From NCBI GenBank assembly GCA_903952805.1, contig CAJBHN010000539.1, positions 1-33,549 of the forward strand: 33,549 bases of DNA, read 5' to 3'. The notes under the pieces were generated by a model, which worked only from the letters and a program-made list of their open reading frames with translations, was not told where the DNA came from and made no database searches. A program made the position numbers and the translations under genes. Positions within the stretch are counted from its first letter, which is position 1; the number at the start of each line of letters is the position of its first letter. The stretch is from an uncultured Myxococcales bacterium (GTDB lineage: Bacteria; Myxococcota; UBA727; VGSZ01). Shown piece after piece: positions 7,794 to 15,239 of this stretch.

Positions 7794-9737
7794 ATGGCCA
7801 CCGAAATCCCCTTTTCGCGCTACGTGCTTGGCACTCGCCTGGGCAAAGGCGGCATGGGCGTGGTCTATCGGGCCTGGGACACCGTCGACGCTCGCGAGGT
7901 CGCGCTGAAAATCGGCGAGGTCCCAAGCGACGAAGCCGCCGCCGCCCGCCTGGTCCGTGAGATCCAGCACGCGTCAGCGGTGAGACACCCACATGTGTGT
8001 TCGGTGCTTGGCACAGGCACCACCAGCACCGGCGCGGTCTTTTTGGCGATGGAGCTTGTCGATGGACCCACCTGCGTCAAGTTGGCCAAGCGGTCACGCT
8101 CGGGTCCGTCGATCTGGATCGAGGCCTTGCGGGCCCTGACCGACGGCCTCGCCGCCGTCCACGCCGAGGGCATCGTCCACCGCGACGTGAAACCGCAAAA
8201 CGTCATGTTCAACGACGAGGGGGTCTTGAAGCTCCTCGACTTCGGCATCGCCCGGTCGGTCCTCGACGACACCGTCACCGCCACTGGGCAGGTCATCGGG
8301 ACCCCCGCCTATATGAGCCCCGAACAGGCCCGCGCCGAAGCCACCGACGCCCGCACGGACCTCTTCTCGGCGGCGTTGACGGTGGCGGCCCTCGCCGGAA
8401 GAGGAAAGTCCCGCTTCAGCTCGACGGAATACACCCTCGCCCAGAAGGTGTTGCGCGCGGCCTATTGGTCACCACCGCTGTTGTCCAATGTCGACGCCGC
8501 CACGCCCCCTGAACTGGAGAACCTGTTTGGCCGGGTGCTGACGCTGCAGCCGGCGGATCGGGTGTCGTCGGCCCGTGAGCTTCTCGCGATCATCGATGCT
8601 TGCCCCATCCGCCATCCCCGCGGGGAGGCCTGGTTGACGGAGTGGGCCATGGGCACCGTCGACGACGCCACCGTCCGCGCCTTCGACGCCGCCCGCGAGG
8701 TCGAGCGGGCCCGCACCTTGCCCAAAGACCTCGACAGCCAGACCGCGCGGGTCCTCGCCTGGCGGCGGGCCACCCTGCTCGACCCCACCCCGTCGTCGCT
8801 GGCGGCCCTCAGCGACGAAGCTGGCCGCGCCGGCTTCCGCTTCGACGAGGACTACGACGACGTCCGGCAGAAGGTCTTGGCTGGACTCGAGGGACACCCG
8901 CCCGAGCCCGAAGAGCTGCGCCGCAGTTCGGAACTGTTTCGGCGCAGCGGCCACATCGAGGTCGCCACCCGCCTGCTGTGGTCCTATGTGCGCCTGCGCC
9001 CCGACGACACGGCCGCTGTGCGCATCCTCGAACGCAGCCTCATGGGCCGGGTTGAAAAGACCGGCCTCAGCATCGCCCGCGGCATCAAGACCGGCGGTCT
9101 GGTGGCAGCGGCGCGGCCGCGGTCGACGACGCCAGACGGGGCCAACGCCCAGACCCGGACCCTGGCGCTGCCAGACGCGGGCCGCACCATGCGGGGCCTC
9201 GCCGGCGCCGATGGACCGAAGCGACCAGCATCAGGACAGGACGAACACCGTGCCGGCACCGGCCCCCGCGGCCCCGTCGTCGCCGAGCAGCCTGGCCTGC
9301 CGCGCTGGTTGGCGCCGACGGCGGTGGCGTTGCTCGCCTGCGTGGTCATCTGGATCTTCATCAGCACGGTGCGGACAGCCCGCACGGAATTCACGGGCCA
9401 GGCCAAAAAGATCGACGCCGTCGAGGTGAAAACCGTCGTCGACACCCGCCTCGATCTGGTGGACCAGGCGCAGCAGGCCCTTGATGCCCGTGACCACGTC
9501 GGCGCCATCGACAAAACCACTCGGGCCCTCGGCATGGACCTCTCGATGGAGAGCGGCCGTCGCGCCCTGCTCATCCGCGCCCGGGCCCGCATCGCTGTCG
9601 GCGACAAAGCCCCAGCCCGCCGGGACCTTGAGTTCTACATCGAGCGGTCGACGTCGTTCTCCGACCCGAACCTTGCCGAAGTGAAGCGCCTGTTGGCCAA
9701 CCTCGACGCTCCCGACCTGAACCGCCCTCGCGAGTAG
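7794..9737 (+). CDS. Ser/Thr protein kinase with a C-terminal TM segment and a TPR-like domain
   Basis: Hanks-type motifs are GKGGMGVVY, VALK, HRDVKPQNVMF, DFGIAR and GTPAYMSPEQ. A TM segment is WLAPTAVALLACVVIWIFI. Upstream of the ATG at 7794 the ORF is antisense to the FimT-like gene. Confidence 0.9.
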   Translation: MATEIPFSRYVLGTRLGKGGMGVVYRAWDTVDAREVALKIGEVPSDEAAAARLVREIQHASAVRHPHVCSVLGTGTTSTGAVFLAMELVDGPTCVKLAKRSRSGPSIWIEALRALTDGLAAVHAEGIVHRDVKPQNVMFNDEGVLKLLDFGIARSVLDDTVTATGQVIGTPAYMSPEQARAEATDARTDLFSAALTVAALAGRGKSRFSSTEYTLAQKVLRAAYWSPPLLSNVDAATPPELENLFGRVLTLQPADRVSSARELLAIIDACPIRHPRGEAWLTEWAMGTVDDATVRAFDAAREVERARTLPKDLDSQTARVLAWRRATLLDPTPSSLAALSDEAGRAGFRFDEDYDDVRQKVLAGLEGHPPEPEELRRSSELFRRSGHIEVATRLLWSYVRLRPDDTAAVRILERSLMGRVEKTGLSIARGIKTGGLVAAARPRSTTPDGANAQTRTLALPDAGRTMRGLAGADGPKRPASGQDEHRAGTGPRGPVVAEQPGLPRWLAPTAVALLACVVIWIFISTVRTARTEFTGQAKKIDAVEVKTVVDTRLDLVDQAQQALDARDHVGAIDKTTRALGMDLSMESGRRALLIRARARIAVGDKAPARRDLEFYIERSTSFSDPNLAEVKRLLANLDAPDLNRPRE

Positions 9738-9953
9738 CACCGACTCAGCCTTTGTTGGCCAATCGGCCGCCAAAGAGGGTGCCCGACAGCGCCACGAGTC
9801 CCAGCATGCTGATCACACGCATTCGACGACGAGCACCGGGCGCCATGATTCCTCCAGAGACGGCGTCGGCGGTGTCGCCAACGGCTCCACGGGAGCAGCA
9901 GGTGCCGCCGTTGGCCCAGTGGCAGCACCCAACGACAGCGGTGGTCGTCGTCG

Positions 9954-10805
9954 TCACCGCCCTCGCATGAACGCCAGCACCCGCTCGTTGACGGCGGCCG
10001 CATGGGTGATGGGCCCCATGTGGCCGGCGCCGGCGATGGTGTCGATGGTGGCGTGGGGCATGACCGACGCGGCGAGCTGCGCGCTCTCTCTCGCGGCCGT
10101 TGGCGACGTCTCCCCGATCAAGAAATGGGTCCGCAGCGAGAGCCCGCGCAGGGCCTCGATCGAAACCCGGGTCCCCTCCAGCGAGGCGACGTGGCGGTGG
10201 GAAATGCGAACCTGCTCGATCGTGCTGCGGCGCGCCGTCGTCGACAAGCGCGCAAAGGCCCCCGGGCCGTTCCACCAGTCGATGAAGCCTTGCACCCAAC
10301 GAGCCCCCGGGCCGCCGGGGTCGTCGTCGCTGATGGGCACGGCCATCAACGCGGTGATGCGGGCCACCTCGACCTGGGCCTGCTCGCTGCCGGGCGGGTC
10401 GGCCCCCGGGCCGACGAGGTGGACAATGACGGGCTCGTACAGGCACAGGGCGGCAAAGAGGGCCGGCTCCCGCAGTGCCGCCTCCAGCGCGACGAGGCCG
10501 CCGAAGGAGTGGCCAAAGACGCAGGCGGGCGCCGGCAGCGACGACAGCAGCGCCACCAGCGCCCGCACCTCGGTGTCGAGAGTCCAGAGGCTGCCGCCCG
10601 GTCCATCCGCTGGCGGCGTCTGGCCCACGCCGAGGAGGTCGGCGGCCACGACGGTGAAATCGGCCTCGGCCATCGCGGTCAGTCGCGAAAACTGCGTCGA
10701 ACTCATGCCGCTGGAGTGCAGCAGCACCAGCGGCGGGCCCTGACCCGTCACGGTGGCGTGCAGGCGACGCGGCTGGTCGGAGGGCACGGTGGCGAGGTGC
10801 TTCAT
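9954..10805 (-). CDS. Alpha/beta-fold hydrolase
   Basis: PLVLLHSSGMS (oxyanion region), the nucleophile elbow GHSFGG, and the C-terminal AGHMGPITH, which is typical of this fold. Confidence 0.85.
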   Translation of the reverse strand: MKHLATVPSDQPRRLHATVTGQGPPLVLLHSSGMSSTQFSRLTAMAEADFTVVAADLLGVGQTPPADGPGGSLWTLDTEVRALVALLSSLPAPACVFGHSFGGLVALEAALREPALFAALCLYEPVIVHLVGPGADPPGSEQAQVEVARITALMAVPISDDDPGGPGARWVQGFIDWWNGPGAFARLSTTARRSTIEQVRISHRHVASLEGTRVSIEALRGLSLRTHFLIGETSPTAARESAQLAASVMPHATIDTIAGAGHMGPITHAAAVNERVLAFMRGR

Positions 10806-11103
10806 GCCAGCACGGTAATCCCGGCTCCTTGATGGCAGTAGGGGGTCCCGCCGGGTGATCCGTTGATCGCGGCGTCGCCTCGCCGGTGCATCGCCGGTGC
10901 ATCCAACCGACCACCCTCGGTCTTTGACGACGACAACCGCCGTCCGCGATCACCCCGCACCTCAGAGCCTGATGCGGCGTCGACGACGACGGCGGCCGCG
11001 ATCCCGACGTTGACGGCGACCAACGCCGCCACGGTCGAGGCCCGCCGAGTTCACGTCCATGCTCGCGCGGTCCGTACGCAAACGGCTGTGCTAGGACCTT
11101 GCT

Positions 11104-12303
11104 ATGGCCACCAAGAAGAAGTCGACCACGGCTGCGACCACGAAACCGTCCAAGGCTGCCGACCCGACGGCGCCACCACGCAAGAGGAGGGCCAAAGACC
11201 CCCTCGACGAGGTGACCCTCGCGGCCATCAAACAGACCGCCGCCGGCATCCACGACGCCATCTTGCAGCATAAACGTCCCGAGCTGCGCACCCCCGTGCG
11301 GGCCCTGAGCAACGTCAGCTACGACCCCAAGAAGGGCTACCTGGAAATCGGCAGCGACAAGAAGGTCCGCACGCTGAGCGTGTCGTCGGTCAAGACCTTC
11401 GCCCAGACCCTCAAGATGATGGCCCTGTCCCAGGAGCTCATCAAAAACGACGACGTCGCCACCAAGCGAGACGCCTACTACCAGTCCAAGAACTGGGGCG
11501 ACGCCCGCTTCGATGAACAGCCCGAGAGCGACACCGTCATGGACGATATCGAGGCCCTGTTTTCGGACCTCGGCGTGTCTCGCGAGCAGCTGCGCTTTGT
11601 CCCCGATCAACACGGTGGCGCCGTCGCCGGCGAACTCGTCGTCATCGACCGCGACATCGAAACCGGCGAGCTGATCGAGATCGACTGCACCCGCTTTGGC
11701 TCGGGCGCCTATGCGGTGCCGTCGTGGGTTGAACACCTGAAATTCAAGACCAAAGCCAAGTTCATCTTGTGCATTGAAACCCAGGGTATGTTTCAGCGCC
11801 TGCAGCATCAGAAATACTGGCAAAAGGCCGGCTGCGTATTGGTGTCGATGGGCGGCGTGCCGACGCGCTCCTGCCGGCGTTTTGTGCGGCTCTTGAGTGA
11901 GCAATGCAAGCTGCCCGTCTACGCCTTCACCGACTGCGACCCCTATGGCTTTGCCAACATCTACCGGACACTGAAAGTCGGCTCAGGCAACGCCGCCCAC
12001 ATCAACCAATTCTTCTGTGTGCCCAACGTGCGCTACCTCGGCCTCACGCCGCAGGACATCATCGACTTCGACCTCGGCAAGGCGACGCATCCGTTGGCCG
12101 ACGTCGACGTCAAACGGGCCTTTGACGCGTTGAAGAACGATCCGTTTTTCCAAAACCAGAAGCCGTGGAAGCAGGCCATCGACCTGTTGATGAAGATGCA
12201 AAAGCGCGCCGAGCAACAGGCCCTGTCGCTGCACGGCTTGAACTTCGTCATCGACGACTACCTGCCCAGAAAACTGAAGAACCCCGACGCGTTCCTGCCG
12301 TGA
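11104..12303 (+). CDS. top6A: DNA topoisomerase VI subunit A / Spo11-family protein (5Y-CAP + Toprim) with a basic N-terminal tail
   Basis: TKRDAYYQS carries the catalytic Tyr motif. The Toprim Glu lies in FILCIETQGMF and the DxD in FTDCDPYGF. The C-terminus has KRAEQQALSLHGLNFV. The N-terminal tail MATKKKSTTAATTKPSKAADPTAPPRKRRAK is Lys/Ala/Pro-rich. Confidence 0.9.
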   Translation: MATKKKSTTAATTKPSKAADPTAPPRKRRAKDPLDEVTLAAIKQTAAGIHDAILQHKRPELRTPVRALSNVSYDPKKGYLEIGSDKKVRTLSVSSVKTFAQTLKMMALSQELIKNDDVATKRDAYYQSKNWGDARFDEQPESDTVMDDIEALFSDLGVSREQLRFVPDQHGGAVAGELVVIDRDIETGELIEIDCTRFGSGAYAVPSWVEHLKFKTKAKFILCIETQGMFQRLQHQKYWQKAGCVLVSMGGVPTRSCRRFVRLLSEQCKLPVYAFTDCDPYGFANIYRTLKVGSGNAAHINQFFCVPNVRYLGLTPQDIIDFDLGKATHPLADVDVKRAFDALKNDPFFQNQKPWKQAIDLLMKMQKRAEQQALSLHGLNFVIDDYLPRKLKNPDAFLP

Positions 12304-13508
12304 GCACCGCCGACGTGCACACCGTCAACGACGCTGCGCGGCGTCGTCAGTTGCCATCGCTGACCGGGGCCCGCTTCGTCGCGGCCCTGGCCGTCGTCGT
12401 CTACCACCTGTGGCGCTGGGATGCGTGGGCCGTGCCTGGCGTCGTCGAACACGTCGTGGGCGGCTTGAGCGTCGCGGTGTCGTTCTTCTTCGTGTTGTCG
12501 GGCTTCGTCCTCGCCTGGTCGGGCTTGCGCGACGACGGCTCATTGCGGCTGCCGGCGACGGCGTTTTGGCGGGGGCGGCTGCGACGCCTGGCGCCGACGT
12601 TTTGGCTGGCCACCGTCGTGGCCCTGCCGACGGCGCTGGCGCTGCTGCACCGCAGTGGCCTTGAGGGGACCGGGTTGGTGCGAGCGGTGGTGCTCGACGC
12701 GGCGCTGTCGTTGTCGTTCTTGCAGGCGTTCGTGCCCGGCCATGAGCTGGCCATCAATCCGCCGGCGTGGTCGTTGTCGGCGGAGATGTTTTTTTCGCTG
12801 CTGTTTCCGCTGCTGGCACCACCGCTGTTTCGCCTGCGGGCCGGCTCGGCCGTCGTCGCCCTGGTGGGCTTGTGGCTGCTGTCGTGGTTGCCGGGCCTGC
12901 TCTACCTCGTGCTCGACCCCGATGGCCTGTCGACCGCAGGCATCGCCGTCGACCACCGCGCCCACGCCGTCGTCCTCGACGTGCTGCGCTATCACCCTTT
13001 GCTGCGGCTGCCGGAATTTCTCGCCGGCATCGTCGCCGCCCGGCTGTTTCTCGACGGACGCCGTGTGCCGACGTCGTCGGCCGTCGTCGCCGTCGTCGTC
13101 GTCATCGCGGTGTTGGCGCTCGGCCTGCCTGCCCCCCTCGTGCACAATGGGCTGCTGGTGCCGGCATTCATTGTGCTGGTGCTGGCGCTGGCGTCGATGT
13201 CGCCGACGATGTCGCCGACGATGGCCCTGTCGACGTCCTCACGGTGGTGGCAGCGCCTCGGCGACAGCAGCTATGCGCTGTACCTGCTGCATGTGCCGCT
13301 GCTGTATTGGATCGCGGGGATGTCCATGCGTCGCCTGGGCCGCAACGTGCTGGATGAGCCGCTGCTCGCTGCGCTCGTTGTCGTCGCCATCGTCGTGGTG
13401 GCCGTCTCTGTGTCGCTGGTGCCGGTATTTGGTGGGCGACGGGTGGGCATATGCAATGTTGGGCTCGGCTCGGACTCCCACCCTAAAACGGGTGGAGGTT
13501 CAACTTGA
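12300..13508 (+). CDS. Acyltransferase family 3 (OafA/YrhL-like) integral membrane protein
   Basis: LPSLTGARFVAALAVVVYH and VSFFFVLSGFVLAW are typical AT3 motifs, and the protein has many TM helices. The GTG at 12300 overlaps the top6A stop (GTGA). Confidence 0.8.
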   Translation: MSTADVHTVNDAARRRQLPSLTGARFVAALAVVVYHLWRWDAWAVPGVVEHVVGGLSVAVSFFFVLSGFVLAWSGLRDDGSLRLPATAFWRGRLRRLAPTFWLATVVALPTALALLHRSGLEGTGLVRAVVLDAALSLSFLQAFVPGHELAINPPAWSLSAEMFFSLLFPLLAPPLFRLRAGSAVVALVGLWLLSWLPGLLYLVLDPDGLSTAGIAVDHRAHAVVLDVLRYHPLLRLPEFLAGIVAARLFLDGRRVPTSSAVVAVVVVIAVLALGLPAPLVHNGLLVPAFIVLVLALASMSPTMSPTMALSTSSRWWQRLGDSSYALYLLHVPLLYWIAGMSMRRLGRNVLDEPLLAALVVVAIVVVAVSVSLVPVFGGRRVGICNVGLGSDSHPKTGGGST

Positions 13509-13893
13509 CCACCTTCGACATGTGATTGAAGTCTTCGTCAAGGGTGAGCAGTGCGCCGTTTGACAAAACGTTTGTGTGCGCGGCGATGAGGCAGTCGAAC
13601 GCAGCGGCCGTGATGCCTGCGCTCCGGCAAGCATTGCGTATCTGCGCTGCCTTGCGGTGCGTGGCCTCGTCGGCCAACAGAATCGGAAAGCCGCTGAGCG
13701 CCTCTTCAAGCGCGTTGAAAGCCTGCTCGGTGCGAACACCTGACAAGAGCTCTTGATACACAACGCCGGGCAACAACAGTTCCTCATCCGTCTCGACAAG
13801 CCTTCGGAACTCGTCGACGACCGGATGAAGCGGCTGTTTGGATGCCGCGCGTCGAAAGATCATCGAGACTGCGGAGGTGTCGAGGACGATCAA
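13483..13893 (-). CDS. vapC: PIN-domain toxin VapC
   Basis: MIVLDTSAV..., ..YQELLSG.., ..DCLIAAH.. and ..LLTLDEDF give the PIN acidic residues in the usual order. Its start overlaps the vapB stop by 4 nt (13890-13893). Confidence 0.85.
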   Translation of the reverse strand: MIVLDTSAVSMIFRRAASKQPLHPVVDEFRRLVETDEELLLPGVVYQELLSGVRTEQAFNALEEALSGFPILLADEATHRKAAQIRNACRSAGITAAAFDCLIAAHTNVLSNGALLTLDEDFNHMSKVVKLNLHPF

Positions 13894-14102
13894 CGTTTCG
13901 ACCGCTCTGCTTTTGGATCAAAGTCGTCGGCGAAATCAATGGTTCCGATAGCGTCGAGCGCGGCTCGCCGCTTACGGCGAGCAATGAACTCGCGAAGTGC
14001 TTCGTTCACGGTCGCGCGCTTGCTTGGCATTCCACCGAGGTGGAGTGCGCGTTCAAGAAGCTCGTCGTCGATAGCAAGGTTGGTAGCCATGGGGCCCTCC
14101 AA
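13890..14102 (-). CDS. vapB: VapB-type antitoxin
   Basis: The 70-aa product MATNLAIDDELLERALHLGGMPSKRATVNEALREFIARRK is typical of the VapB (Rv0623-like) family. It sits directly upstream of the PIN gene. Confidence 0.8.
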   Translation of the reverse strand: MEGPMATNLAIDDELLERALHLGGMPSKRATVNEALREFIARRKRRAALDAIGTIDFADDFDPKAERSKR

Positions 14103-14114
14103 GACGTTCCAAGC

Positions 14115-14138
14115 CTACACAACACAGTGTGTAGACTT
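14115..14138. promoter_or_regulatory. Palindromic candidate operator upstream of vapB
   Basis: CTACACA-acacag-TGTGTAG (7-bp arms) contains the nested palindrome ACACA-g-TGTGT. It lies 13-35 nt upstream of the vapB start codon. Confidence 0.4.
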
Positions 14139-14223
14139 CAACGCTGGATCCGGGAGCCCAACGGGCTGCATCTCGGGCACGAGCACATGATTGTGCGCGA
14201 AGCGCATATCATAGCGGAGTGAT

Positions 14224-14244
14224 TTCATCGCGTAGCGATGAAAC
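14224..14244 (-). other. Perfect 9-bp stem / 3-nt loop hairpin downstream of the S-subunit gene
   Basis: TTTCATCGC-gta-GCGATGAAA lies 33 nt beyond the stop at 14277. No U-tract follows it on the minus strand, so a terminator role is uncertain. Confidence 0.35.
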
Positions 14245-14276
14245 CCTGCCGAGATGCTTTGTTGCCCAGCTCGGGC

Positions 14277-15239
14277 CTATGCCGGCTCTTCATCGTCTCC
14301 ATAATCGTCCTGTTCTCTCGAGCCAAGATCGCTCAATGTAAAGCGATGAGGCAGCGCCGCAATCTTTAATTTTTGCGAAAGACCTTCACGAGCCTTCACA
14401 ATCGAAGTGAAGTAAGTCCGGAACGCCTCAGAAACCTCACGGCCGACATCAACGCTCGGCGGCACTGGAATCAACAGTTCAACGACCCTGTCGCCGACGT
14501 CTTCGCGATTTGTCTGCATTAGAACCAGACGGCGCCACTGCGCCCGAACTGGCTCCAAGGTTAGAGCCCATAGCAAGTAGAACTGGTCGACTAGAAGCGG
14601 TGTTGCCGCACGGAATATGAAGACTTCCTTAGTTAGTACAATTCGCTCTTGACCCGGCATCAAAACACAGAAATCACCGATGTTCTTTGATGTTCGCGCA
14701 GGTGAAATCAAATCGTAAGGCATTAATCCCGAGCCTGCCTCGCCCCAGTACTCCTCAGCGAGCGGCAGCGGTATCATATTTGTAGGATTTATATTCACCC
14801 CGCCGGCGCGGAGATCCGAGACCTTAATGTAAGGGACATCGCCGACGCGTCGATCGGCCGAGGGGCTGCCATGGCCGGGAAACCGTTGGAGGTCCCCTGC
14901 AAGCTCCAGTTCACCAACTGTTTTAAGGGAGTATCCGGGCAATTTAGAATTTGTAAAAGACCGGAGATTTTCGACGGTGCTTAAGTCGAAAAAAGTAGGT
15001 GTCGCAATTCGGCTCGTTGAAACATCCGACGCCTTCACGGTAAATGACGTCCCAGTGCCAACGGTGCCGGCCAGAATTGCATCAACGTCCGTCTCCAGAC
15101 GATCGTCGAGAAGCGCGAGACGATCCCCTGTTGCCTGGTCAACTTGGTAAAGCTCTGCACCGTCCTTGTTAATGCCACAGGTGGGCGCGTTCGACATGAT
15201 CACCTGCCCGTCCGTGAACCACTTAGGTCGGTGCGGCAT
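14277..15239 (-). CDS. Restriction-modification specificity (HsdS-like) subunit with a single target-recognition domain
   Basis: GDVPYIKVSDLRAGGVNINPTNMIPLP resembles the start of an HsdS TRD. LLIPVPPSVDVGREVSEAFRTYFTSIVKAREGL resembles the conserved i.lPPl.eQ..I helix region. It overlaps the methylase gene by 17 nt. Confidence 0.7.
   Translation of the reverse strand: MPHRPKWFTDGQVIMSNAPTCGINKDGAELYQVDQATGDRLALLDDRLETDVDAILAGTVGTGTSFTVKASDVSTSRIATPTFFDLSTVENLRSFTNSKLPGYSLKTVGELELAGDLQRFPGHGSPSADRRVGDVPYIKVSDLRAGGVNINPTNMIPLPLAEEYWGEAGSGLMPYDLISPARTSKNIGDFCVLMPGQERIVLTKEVFIFRAATPLLVDQFYLLWALTLEPVRAQWRRLVLMQTNREDVGDRVVELLIPVPPSVDVGREVSEAFRTYFTSIVKAREGLSQKLKIAALPHRFTLSDLGSREQDDYGDDEEPA

Noticed and set aside
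9745-9846. 33-codon minus-strand ORF (MAPGARRRMRVISMLGLVALSGTLFGGRLANKG) convergent with the kinase
   Set aside because: It looks like a plausible small membrane peptide. However, it is short, has no ribosome-binding site that I could verify, and conservation cannot be assessed here.
9745-11904. 719-aa minus-strand ORF spanning the hydrolase/top6A region
   Set aside because: It runs antisense to, or out of frame with, two genes that have clear family motifs. Its sequence is Arg/Gly/Pro/Ala-rich and low in complexity, which is typical of shadow ORFs in high-G+C DNA.
12540-13563. ORFs 12655-13563 (+), 12767-13357 (+) and 12540-13145 (-) within the acyltransferase gene
   Set aside because: They are Cys/Arg-rich or Arg/Gln-rich shadow frames. 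The frame at 12300-13508 has acyltransferase-3 motifs and TM helices.
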